Shown here: in pieces, positions 18,103 through 29,615 of the stretch
Layout of the letters: each line of letters opens with the position of its first letter
How positions within the stretch are numbered: position 1 is the first letter of the stretch
From: Calcarisporiella thermophila CBS 279.70
Lineage: Eukaryota; Fungi; Calcarisporiellomycota
Reading direction: 5' to 3'
Length of the DNA: 64,000 nucleotides
Assembly (NCBI RefSeq): GCF_041956535.1
Contig: NW_027192203.1
Coordinates: 124,001-188,000, forward strand
Translations under genes and position numbers: made by a program
Notes under the pieces: generated by a model
What the model was told of the DNA's origin: nothing
Seen by the model: only the letters and a program-made list of their open reading frames with translations
Database searches by the model: none

Positions 18103-19171
18103 ATGAGTGCGCCACCTCACCCCATACCATCGGCTCCGCTTGGCGTTCCCGGCATTCCACCCCCAGTGGGAGCCCCCGGCTTCCCCGATGCCCCAGGGGC
18201 AGCCCCACCCCCGATGCCGAATCTTGCTCCGGGCTCGATGCCCGGCTATGTTCCTCCACCCCCCATCCCAAAACAGCCGCCGTGCACCACCCCAAATAAC
18301 ACCATCTATATCAATAACTTGAATGAAAAGATTAAACTTGAAAGTGAGTAATCTGATCTAACATTTTCTTAAGAGCGCGCGATGATCTAAACGCTTTTCC
18401 TGCTGATTCATCCCCATTAGCATTAAAAAAATCGCTCGAGACTATTTTCAATCAATATGGAACTATTCTCTCCATCTCGGCCAAGGCGTCGCTTCGCATG
18501 CGGGGCCAAGCATTTGTTGTGTTTGAAAATGTGGAATCAGCAGAAAAGGCGGTAAAGGAGGTGCAGCATTTCCCACTCTTCGGAAAACCAATGGTGCTTC
18601 AATTTGCACGCATGAAATCAGATGTGATTGCGGAGCGTGAGGGCAATCTGGAGGAGTCCAAGCGCAGGCGCATAGAGGAGAAGAGGGAGAGGGAGTTAGC
18701 AAGGATGAAGGAGGAGGCGGAGATGAAGGAGAAGCTGGGAGAGGGTGCCAAAGGTAATATTGGAATGTAGCTCTTTTCTGAACACATGGCTTAATCTTTC
18801 CTCCCCTTGCTGTATATAGCGGCTGCTCCCAAGCCGGTTGCGCGTATTCCCGACGAATATTTGCCGCCCAACAACATTCTCTTCCTGCAAAACCTACCCG
18901 AGGACACAACACAGGAAACCCTTGCTGGACTATTTCAACAGTAAGGCTTCTTTTATTGAGAATGGTGGTAAATGTATTTTGGCTAATGCAGCGTTCTTTT
19001 TCCTTCATCAGATATTATGGCTTCAAAGAAGTGCGTATGGTGCCTGGTCGCAAGGGGATTGCCTTTGTGGAATATGAAAATGAATATCTGTCAGGGCTAG
19101 CCAAGGAAGCTCTCTCTAACTACCTCATCACACCGGAGCATCCAATGAAGGTTACTTTCGCTAGAAAATAA
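18103..19171 (+). CDS. U1A/U2B''/SNF-family snRNP protein (two RRMs); 4 exons
   Basis: RRM1 'NNTIYINNLNEKIK...MRGQAFVVF...FGKPMVLQFARMKSD'; RRM2 'PPNNILFLQNLP...GFKEVRMVPGRKGIAFVEY...MKVTFAR'. Confidence 0.93.
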
Positions 19172-19392
19172 TGAAGCAGCCGACTCCCTATTTTTCTTCG
19201 ATTTCATATTGTACCATAATGCTTATTCCTTCTTTGTAAGAGTGTTAATTTTTCTATTTTTTCTATCTCTCCTCCTTTATAAATTTTTCTCTTTTGGATT
19301 TGAACGCGAGCAGAAATATGAGGAAAAAAAAATTACAATAAAACTGATATCTACAAGGGGAAACAATGACACGTGCTCTCTCCAGACCCGGG

Positions 19393-19918
19393 CTAAGCCG
19401 TTCCACCGCTCCCCTCTAAACCGTAGTTTAGACGCTGCAAAGCTCCGGCGGCCGCATCGATCCGCGCCTTTTGCTCCTTGAAAAGAGCCTCCACTTCTCG
19501 CGTCTTCTCCTCCATATACGCTGTCAATTCTTTTTTGGAGCCACTTTCGGATTGGGATGAGGTTGAGGTCGACAGACCCGAAAGTCCGAGGGCACAGACT
19601 TGGGATTCAGCGGCGGTGAGAAGTCGGAGCAGATTCTGCGCATCAGCTATAGGAGTGGCAAAAGCAAAGCACGGATTAATCCTGGGACCAAGCACGGGGG
19701 GTATGGACTAACATGCCTCTCGCGTCAGGGTAAGGGTACGTGAACGTCAGAGCATTGTCGCTGAATGGCAAATGAAAAGTTAGCATCTTTTCTCCTTTCC
19801 AAGGAAGAGAGCCAAGGGATGCTTACACTTTGTTAAAGAATTCAGTTACTGCCGCCTCGATGTTCCCAATTTCGGCCAGAAAATCCTCTACCGTCCCACG
19901 AAGATCGGTTGCTGCCAT
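19393..19918 (-). CDS. Hypothetical ~130-aa helical/coiled-coil protein; 3 exons, second intron probably GC-AG
   Basis: ATG at 19918 'MAATDLRGTVEDFLAEIGNIE'. Intron 1 has GTAAGC...GCTAAC...CAG. The best frame-preserving model uses donor AG|GCATGT (19716) to TAG (19647), joining ORF 19393..19695. Confidence 0.6.
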
Positions 19919-20335
19919 GGGATTTAATTAGAATGAAAGGATGCCTTGTATTTCACGGAAGAGTTCCTGTTCGTGTGAGCAGTCACTCAATATTTTCCAC
20001 CAAGATCCAAAAGAAATACTCCATGATAAATAGTATATTCAAGCTAATGTCCAAAGAATAGCAACAAAAATATGAATCAAACATGAATGTGACATGCAGA
20101 GTAAGGAGGAGAAAATATGAGGAAATAAACAGAACGAGGAAAGAGAGAATCAAACATCCTGACAAATCTTTTATGAGTGATAGTATGAGAGAACGGTGTT
20201 TATATTTTTTTTTTTTCCCTCTATAAATGCCATTAGTGGGGGTTTTTTTTAAAGAAAATAAAAATATACTAGAAAACTTGACATCTCGATGAAGACCAGG
20301 AAAGGACGCTCCAGGTGAAAGCGTGAAACATTTAG

Positions 20336-21851
20336 CTAGGCGTATCTTGAGCTCCTAATTAGGGGCTTTACTCCTTCGGATGCGGCCCACAAGAAGAGCT
20401 TTGGCTTCTTTTTCGACCTCTGCTTCTGCACGTCATTGGCCGCAAGGGTTACGGCGCTCATCTGACGGATAACCGAAGCAAGGATATTGTGTTCGGGATG
20501 ATCTTTGGGTGTATATTTTAACAGATCTGATGCAGTAGGAAGCAAAATGAGTCCTGGTAGAGGATGCTAAAGGGAGGAGATAGGCGAGGGAAACTGGGGA
20601 AGACTTACTTCGCAACAATAAACAATATTGTGCAAGACGCTGTATAGGCATGATCCGTAAGTCATCCAACCGCAGACGGTACTTTGACGATCGCATAGAC
20701 TCCCGTACAAACTCACGATACAGAATATTCCCGTTGGCCCTTTGTAAAGCTTTTTGGGCATTTGCAAAGTTGATGGCATACTTCACAAAAACGTCGAAGT
20801 CACTCACATGGTGGAGAAATACCCGGCCAATGCTACTGTTCTCCTTGAGAGCAGTGGCGAGGGCCGCAGTGAGCGTGGCAGAAACTTTTTCCAGTTCATC
20901 AACATGGGCGAAAATGAGAGCGACCTCCGCAGGATCGATGAGCGGCTTTTCAGTACGCGCGGCGGCTTCCAGCGGGGCTTTGAATTCGGTCAGAATGGTG
21001 CACAGGTGGCTGTGGAAAGATTCTTCCGTGGTGAGGATTTCCTTCGTGATGAACCATCGCATACGGAGATGGTGTTCGGAATCTTCTATGGCGGCCGGAG
21101 GAGCAAGACTAGCAAGTGAACGTTCGCCGTCGTATTTCTCCTGCGTCTCCTTTGCCTCGTAGTTGAGGACCAGTTTGGCGTCTAGAGTTTGGTGCAGGCT
21201 TTCCTTTTGAAGTGCTAAGTCCTCGAGATATACCTGGGGATTGCTGCTCGAGGGAGAGAAAGTGTGGCGACGCTCCACCCCATCCACGCGACGAAAGAGG
21301 GTTCGTAGACGAGAAACCTCGACATTGGACCAGGTGCGACGGATCGATTTCGAGGCTTCTTTGCGCTTACACACATGGTCCGCGACTCTCTCCTCCGCTT
21401 GCACCGAATTGTCTTGCCACACGCATATAGTCGATGAGTACGCCCTAGAGCTCTCGCTTTTCAGCGATTCCCACCGCTGCAAATAACACATGGATTTGGG
21501 GCGCTCGAGTCTTGTTTTCTGCTTCGCACATTGACATTCTGTCCTCGCTTTCTTCAGCTCTATTTGTTCCGCGCCCTCGAGGGAAAAGTCGGTCTCGGAA
21601 TCATTCTCAGACACTATAGCCGACTCTAGAGGCCGCAGCGACGCATTGGGTGAGGTCGACTTTTCATTGTCGGGGCGCTTGTAGTAGATGGGGGGTAAGG
21701 GTGGAAGCTGGGAAGGGCTAAGCCGGGCAAGCCATGCTGTGAGTTTGCGCTTTTCATTGACGGCGGTTGAGGAGGGAGACGCGGAAGGGATGTGCTTGTC
21801 GAGAAGGTTATGAGCGGGTGGAGGGAGAGGTATTGTTCTGGTACAAGTCAT
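20336..21851 (-). CDS. RhoGEF (Dbl-homology domain at C-terminus); 2 exons
   Basis: DH motifs 'EILTTEESF', 'LIFAHVDEL', 'LDDLRIMPIQRLAQYCLLL', then after an intron 'DLLKYTPKDHPEH'. Confidence 0.88.
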
Positions 21852-22765
21852 AAAGCGATTAAATTAGCCGGAGGGGCGTAGGAATGAGAATGAGGCACAC
21901 TCTCCCTCCGCAACACAATGAAAAAGCAAGTGGAATGAGGGTAACGCACTGGATACGCCAAACCCACAATTAAACCACCTCCTATAAGCAGAGCGAAGAA
22001 GGGGGAAAAAAAAGCGGAAGGAAAAAAAAAGCGACAGCTGCACGAGGAAATCCTTGCGTGCTCGAGGGAAGAACAGGGAAAATCCAGCGAGAGGCCTTTA
22101 GGAGATTGGAGGCAAATTATACTAAAGAAAAAATAGTCCGCAAAGCCTTGGACGGCTTCGAAAGCCTTCTCTGCTCATGAGGCTCCGGATGCTCCTCTAA
22201 AATCGCCCAGACGTTCTCCAAAATGGCTGAACCTTCCCCGTCGGCGCTCCGGCCGTATTACCCCGCCTGGCGCGCCGACCCAATCCAACCGCGTCATTTC
22301 GATACTAATCCAATCAGGGCTTCGAAAAGAGTTTAGCCCCAGTGAGCCACGTTAAAATTCCACGACCCAGGCCTGGGCCGCAGCTGCGAAATATGTCAAT
22401 TGTTATTGCCGGAAATGAGAGTGCATGCGCCAACGTTCTCGTCTTTTAATGCTTCTCAATCCCCATCCCTCGCCGAGAGCATTATTGATAAGATATAGAT
22501 AAAGAGTATGGGTAGTCCTCAGGAATCCACTCCGTATGCGGCCAAAGAGCTGGCGTACCAGATGGGGGCTTCTCTCTGGAATTTTAATTAATTAATTTCA
22601 ATAGAATCAAACTGTAAACAGTGGTACTCGTGAGATATGTACAGGATATTAGAAAAAGAAGAGAAAAAAAAAATTCAAAGCCCTACTATACAGGAAAAGT
22701 AAAGATATGTACAAATCGGCAATAATGGGGGTCATCCCCTCCGCTTCCCTTCCCTCCCGTCCATC

Positions 22766-24325
22766 TTAGGCGTAGGCCCTTTCCTGAAAGGTGGCCACCA
22801 ACGGCAAATGGTCGCTCGGGAATCGCTTGCTCAACAACTCATACCTTTCACCGCTTGCCATCTCCACGTCGTCCAAGAGCGAACATTGCAAAAGCCCGCG
22901 CCTGTCGAAGAAGATGTAGTCCAATACACCGCCGAACTGTGGGGTGCGATGGGTGGCCGGGAGGCTTGCGTGCTCATATGCATCTGCTAAGCAAAGGGAG
23001 TGGCGCAAATGTGGGGTGGAGGTGTATCGGCCAAAGTCATAATCCCCAAAATGCAAACGCCTCGAGTGAAGAAGGCGACCTGTTCCTAGGAACCGCACCA
23101 CGCCGCTTCCAGGAAGGGAGTTGAAATCGCCTGTCACGATGGTAGAGGTGGCGTGCGAATCGGATCGCCAGATGCGGAGGTGCTGCATGAGGATCGCGGC
23201 GTGGAGCAGCTTGGTATCTGCATAGGCAGGGTCGGATGGGAGGTGGGTGTTTGCCACGCGAAGTCGATGCTTTGTGATACGGTTTTCAAGCAGGACGAGG
23301 AGGGCAATGTTATGGAAAAGATTGACGCGGATGGCCTTATCGCATAAAAGCGAAGCCCGGTTGGGGTCCTTGGGATCCAGCACTTCCCGGTTATACACGA
23401 TCACACGGTGGCTTACCATTTTGAATCTTGGGAAAGAAAGGTCAGCACAACTCCAAACCTCCTCCCTCCCTGATAAGAGCCTACTCAACAAACAGGGTCT
23501 CACCTTGATTCTCGCCAAAAGATGGCGCATCCGTCCCGTATCTCCACGTGCATCTTCTTAGCATATATCCCCCGATATCCCAGCTTCGAGAGGCGGGGTT
23601 CGAAGAACGTGCTGTAGTCGGTCTCATCCACCTCCTGCAACAAGAATTCGAGCTCAGCTCAATCATATGCATCACGTCATCCCCCATAGAGCCATTACCT
23701 GAAGACATAATACATCTGCATCCCGAAAGGCAAGCTCGTCCAAAATTTGCTCTCTGCGGCTACACCACTTCATACTGGATGGGGTTGTTTCCACCGCAGG
23801 CTTGCTTTGTCGACCGTGGAGCGAAGGCGAAAGAAGGTTCCACGACAAAAGTGTGAAGCATCGATGATCCATGTGGATCCTCCGCAGCCAAACGCATCTT
23901 CTTCTGGGTACGCGAACCAAGGGGTCTAACAAGATATCGGGCACATACACGTTGAGAACGCCCTCTACTCCAACTGGCGCATGACGAACCTACTTACCGC
24001 GTCCTTGGATATCCTCGTTATCAAATAGCCAGCGTCTTGGCATAATGCTTAGTGGCACCGCTCCCGGCCTCATCATCTTGCTCTGTACTTCCTTGGGTAT
24101 TATAAATTCCCCTTTCTTTTTCATACAAATGGTCCCATCTTTGAATGCACTTGAAGGGCTTCGCTCTGCATTCAAAGGTTGTGGCGCGGTAAAGCCCTCC
24201 TTGAATATTTTTTCCGTCTCTTCCTCCTCCAAAAGATACACGCCGCTGTCTTTGCGATTCATGATGGTGGGATTGCAATTCGCGGCAGTCTCTTGCGGTT
24301 TCGGCTCTAAACTCTTGCAACACAT
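22766..24325 (-). CDS. CCR4/nocturnin/Angel-like EEP-family nuclease/phosphatase, no LRR; ~4 exons
   Basis: 'TLLSWNLLS', 'DADVLCLQ|EVD', 'DGCAIFW', 'VANTHL', 'TGDFNSLP', 'VLDYIFF', 'FPSDHLPL'. The N-terminal exon/start is uncertain. Confidence 0.85.
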
Positions 24326-25093
24326 TGAAACTTCAACGTATTGGTCATGTAAGATTTGGGATGTTACCTCCAGTAGTCTTCACGAGTCCCTGCCAGCCAT
24401 GCTTCCAAAATGTATGCGTCAACTTACAAGTGCCTTGTATATCAGATGAGCCCATCTGTCCAGCACACACAAGACTAGAATAGAATGCGAAAAAAAGGAA
24501 ATGGAATTATTAATGTGCCAAAGTATAATTTAAACCTCGATTCCGAAAGCTAGGAGGAAGCCAAGAGCATAGTAAAGCTCATACAAGTCAAAAATAAAGC
24601 CACTGGCACATGGCCCCCCATGACTGCCGCCATTGCTAGCGGCGGGCGTAGGGAAGCAGGGCTAAAGACGCGTACCTGTTCAAAGTTGGGGTGGCAATCA
24701 TATTCACGTGTCGAAGTAGCGAAGGGTAAGAGGGAGGGAAATGCCTAGCGCTGCCAGTGGTATCAATAAGCACGGTTGGGGAGGGTTCTTTAGAAAAGAA
24801 CAAGATCAAGGATGTTTTGCAAACTGCTAAACTTTGTGAGGGGGGAAGAGCGGGAGAGGAGGATGTGAGAAAAGGTGAGAAATTATGAAGCCGTGACTGG
24901 CTTTCCCCGCACATGTGTACGATGATTCGCCCAAGCTTATTTTCCGCGAAGATTGCAATTTCTCGTTTTAGAAACTAACGGGTCATGATGGTTGTCGAAA
25001 GAATGTGCACGCCCCCCGAGTACTGAGTGCTCATGGCCGGGCGCGCATCTCTATCCTAAGGACCATTCGTCGCGCCTTGATAGATGCAAGGCT

Positions 25094-25324
25094 TCATCGC
25101 TGACGCGACTGCGGCACACCCGTGTTCATACTTCGCCTCAACCTTCTGAATATGGGCTCTTGATGGTCAAAATTCCTCTTTTGTTTTTGCTTTTCGATGA
25201 GCTTCTGCAGCTGAAAAGTCACGGGAGAGAGTTCTGTGAAGGAGTCCTTAGTGGCAGCAAGCAAATTAGGAAGATTAGCCGCAGAGCTCCCAAGGCTTAT
25301 GCTGGCCGTTAGGTATGCATCCAA
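25094..25324 (-). CDS. Possible small ORF (76 aa), unknown function
   Basis: ATG-initiated, on the same strand as its neighbours, in a 1.3-kb gap between genes; basic helical C-terminal half; no recognised motif. Confidence 0.2.
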   Translation of the reverse strand: MDAYLTASISLGSSAANLPNLLAATKDSFTELSPVTFQLQKLIEKQKQKRNFDHQEPIFRRLRRSMNTGVPQSRQR

Positions 25325-25620
25325 GACTCTTTCCCTTATTCTCCCACAATCGGAACCTCAAACCCATCATATCAAAAAACGCGGGCTTATACTTTGAGGT
25401 TTAGCAGGATGGAAAAAAAGACTTCAGAATCCCCAATTTTAAATAAAAAGGGTGGACAACACACCTGGTGAATTAAATAAAATATTATTGATGTATAGTG
25501 CGTGATATTTAGAAAGTTTCCCCAAGTTTTGTAGAACAAGAAATAAAAAAAACCAACATGCGGGAGGGGGGAAGGGAGAGAAAAAAGCCCTCTCGCCAAG
25601 AACAACCGAATCGAATGCAA

Positions 25621-28600
25621 CTATCGTAACATATTTAGCCTGGAGGTAGAGGTCGAGGAGGAGGGGGGAGAGGAGAGTGGTTTGACTGCCACATTCTGCG
25701 CAATGGTCACGAGCTGGCGCCCCGGAGGGTCGACGCCTTCTAACGAGGAGAGCTTACTCACGAAGTATTCTGCGTCCACCGCGATGCGTTCTTTGCCCGC
25801 GGGTGTGTACACCTCAATCCGCGCAAATTCTTCCGAGAGCCGGCGCTCAAAGGATGCGAACACTTCGCTCATCACCACCCGCAGATGCTCGCTCCCCAGG
25901 TATTTCGAGAGGACCTTGTGGAGCGTGAGTGTCTCCTTCACCAGCACTTCCATGTAAGCACTGGGGGCATTGTCCTTTTGCTTCGGGTCCGGCTGGTCGA
26001 AGCCGGTTGCCTGAAGGGAGCGGCAATGCAGGGTCATGCGCTCATTCATGATGGAGACGAGTTTTGCGTGGATTTCCGACTGGTGGTTGCAGAAGTCTTT
26101 AGCAATCCGGTCAAACTCGAGTACGATTCCGGCCTGACCAGGTGGAAGATGGTGCCGAATGAATTCCTTGATAAAGGGTATAAGCGCGACGGTGGCGCCA
26201 AGGGACTGGGAGGCCAGTGCTAAAAAGTGCAGGCATACAAGTTAAGAAAGTCGGCTCAAGTCAAGTGAGCCACAAGCTCACTCGAGCCGGTGGTGAAAGC
26301 TTACCAAGATGTTTGGCGGTTATATTTTTTAGCCCCGCAGAGCGCATCGCCCCCGCCCCAAGAATCACTTGACACACTCTTGAATTGAACATCTAAAACC
26401 CAAGAAAAAAGGACAAGGGAAGGTGAGAAAATTTGCTTCCAAGAACATCGTGAAGGCCAATACATACGCTCAGCAACTCTACCAATCGCTGCACAATATC
26501 CTGCGAGAGAGGGGGGATCCTCACCAAGCATTGCAAGTAGTCCGCAAAGGCTTTAATCAACAGCAAGCTGCATCCAACCACATAGGAGTTTTGGCCGTTG
26601 ACTACCAAGAAGCGGTTGCTACGGCTGGCCTGCCTCTTGCCCGGCTCTTTGCCCCCGACGTCGGCCTGACCTTCCTCGGCGTTGGCGGTTGGACTTTGGG
26701 TGCGTTGAAGCTCCGGTGCACTCTCCTCCACAAAATCGGTCGCCCCCGTTGCTGATGCGGCGATGATCTGGTCCACGATCTGCTGGAAATCGACCGGTAC
26801 CTCGGCCTGCATCCATTGCTCGTTCTCTATCAGGAGGGACTCCTGCTTCATCTTCTCCATGTGGAAATGGTTGAGGAATGCTTTAGCCTGAAAACAAAGA
26901 ATGGCATGTTAATTGTGTAGGGCGGAAAGGAAGCGGGGTCATAAGGGCTCAAAAGGATTACCTGTGAAAGAATGGCGCCCCGCAACCCAAAGCATGTGCG
27001 CTTGCAATAGTCTTCTCCACGCCCAATAAACGTCCAGGTCACCGCGAAGAGCCGGTAGAAGTCTGTGGGATTCAATTGGGCCGTCTGATTTGCTCGGATG
27101 CCAACCAGTTTGGCACATTGGAACTGTGAGAAATCGGCCGAGGCCAGCACAATATCGGAGGACTCAGCGGCCAGTTGTGAATACATGGGGGATGCAAAGG
27201 GTGAAGGTGCGTCAGATTTGGAATCGGTGTGTAATGAAGGTTCTGGAAATATATCGGCGGCCATGGCGGATGAGGCGGGAGATGGCTTGGTGGCCCTTTC
27301 AAGCAATGAGTTGAGACCGTTTTCTGGAATTTCTGCGAGGGTATCTTGGGGTTCAGTCGGGAGCCCGGCTTCAGGCGAGAGCAAGAGGCCCGAGGCCACT
27401 CCACGCTTATCTGCCTCAACTAGTACGGCAAAGATGATCTCGTGGTGGATTCGCGTTCGCCGCACGACTTCTAGCACCACCGCGTAAATGGATAGCAACA
27501 TGTTGAAAAAGGCGTCGAAGGACATGGACTTGATCTGTTTTCCAAACTGAGAGCTGTAGAGGTGGAACGCGTTTTAGCCCCCTTTCATTCAAAAATCTCC
27601 CAATCTAAATTCACAATCTTACATTTGCTCATTGGACTGAGATCCGGGCTCCTCCTTCTCCTGATCCTCATCAAGCCCTGCCCCAAAGGAGGGTGGGTAT
27701 TGCTAGAAAGAGTAGCACAATAGAAGTCAATAAAACTAAGACGCAACCAACAATAGTGCCATCCACTCGGTAAATCGATCTGCACTTACTTTACGTATTA
27801 GGTGCCGGATTTCCTTGGCCAGGAGTTGTCGATAGGCAACAAACGCAGTGCTCAGTCGATTTAACCTCAAGAGTCCAACGATGGTCGGGGAGAGCAGCTC
27901 CTTGAGAGCCTGCTCACGGTCAGGAACGTTCTCAAAGTCCGCATTTGTGTCGGATATGGGCTGGCTGCTCACGAGCTGCTGGACCCCTGAGGCGGGGTCG
28001 AACATGGCGAGATGGCGTTGGAGATCGGATAGCAAAATGCTCTGTAGGTCGTCCTCCATCATTGTCCCAATGCGCTGCCGCATTTCTTCCAGCTCCTGGT
28101 CAAAGGACGCCAGCGCCGTGACACGTTGCAGCCCGCCCGCCACATCCGCGAGTATCCCCTCCTCAGGATCGGAGCTACCCTCGCCAATCTCTTCTAGTAG
28201 TGCGCCTCCAACTCCATTCCGTTCACCCCCCTCTTGATGCGTGGGAATTCCATAATACAGACGTGCCGCCTCGTCTATCAAGTCTATTGCACCAAAATAA
28301 TCGCCCTGTTGCAGCAGGCTGTTTACCGTGGGTAATGTCAACTGCAACTCCGCCACCGTCTGCATCAGTCGACGTAGCGCGGCAACGTTGGCTCTCCGAA
28401 CTTTGCTTCGCACCACCTCCAGCCCCTGCTTGGCTTGCTCTTCTGATATTCGCGCCATCTCCCGGCGGAGTGTATGTATCTGCCCGATACATTCGGACGT
28501 CTCGTGGTGTAGCGCTTGCAAATTCGAGAGGGCCGTGAAGAAGGATGCGGAGCGATGTGAAATCTCCTGTATAAGATGCACCTCTACGATGTCGAGGTAG

Positions 28601-29470
28601 TGCGAGAGCTTTTCCTGAAGCATGCCGCTTACGGCGGCCGGCGGGTCCTCGCTGGTGCCGCGTACAATATCGGCGCGCTCGCATACCGCCTCAAATGTGG
28701 AGGGATTCTCGAGGTTAAAGTCGGGGTCGTAAAACAAGGATGGCACGGTTTCAAGCAGAGAGGAGTCACCGCTGGAGCGCCTGCGCGGTAGCCCATTCTC
28801 TGACGGAGGAAGTAGTAGTGGGGAAGGAGAGTCGGATGATCCCTGGCTGCTCTCAACGGAATCTAAATAAGAGGAAAATTAAAAATGACTCATGCGCCTC
28901 AATTCCGCTTCCTGACACCCATCCCCCAGCAAGCATGTATTACAATTTCATACCTTCTGTCGTCGGAGCGTTTTTTCTGCTTAACTTCTTATTTAGATGA
29001 TACCGCTGGAAGATGGGCCCAACGCTCTTCATGTAATCTTCAAATTCTGACATTTTCACTTTGCGAATGTGCGTTCGCGGCACCGGCTGGATATCTCCTT
29101 TCTTTGGCACAGCAGTGGTCTTGCGCGCGTTTGGATCGTTTAGCACGCCACTAATGGCATTCATCCCGATGTCGCGAGATGTCCAGGGCAAAGCCGTCTC
29201 TGACATGTTCGCGAAATTGGAGAACATGAGCTGGCGGCGCGCATTCCCCCCCGCAATGCGATTGATGTTGGCAGAGCTGGAGCGAAAAGGCGGCGACGCC
29301 GACGAGAGCACGCCCGATCGCGGAAGAGAAGCGGTTGTGTCAACCGAATTAAGCGAGCGATCGGAGGACATGGAGGTGCGTTTTTGCAAAGGCTGGGGAG
29401 AAACAGGCTCACCCCGCGAATCCCGAGTCAGTTTCGATGGTGATTTATTGCCGCTAGGGCTACTCATCAA
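25621..29470 (-). CDS. VPS54: GARP complex subunit Vps54; multi-exon
   Basis: 'NAISGVLNDP', 'LQEKLSHYLDIVEVHLIQEISHRSASFF.ALSNLQ', 'NEQWMQAEVP', 'LGAGAMRSAGLKNITAKHL', 'YMEVLVKETLTLHKVLSKYL'. Confidence 0.93.
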
Positions 29471-29615
29471 AGTGTGTCAATGTGGTAATTTTCCCCTCTT
29501 CTGGAGTATAAAAAAAAAGGAAGAAGAGTGACTTGCGAAAATGTCGAGGAGGGGCTTAGCTCAATCCCATGGTTAGAGCCGATTTCAAACACAAGGGAAA
29601 TGGAAAATCTTTATT

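Noticed and set aside
19640-19760. In-frame UGA/selenocysteine read-through in the small hypothetical gene
   Set aside because: A GC-AG splice model removes the stop, and no Sec-type redox motif or SECIS was seen.
22766-24325. Fragmented CCR4-like ORFs as a pseudogene
   Set aside because: Canonical introns join the fragments and the catalytic motifs (QE, GDFN, DY, SDH) are intact.
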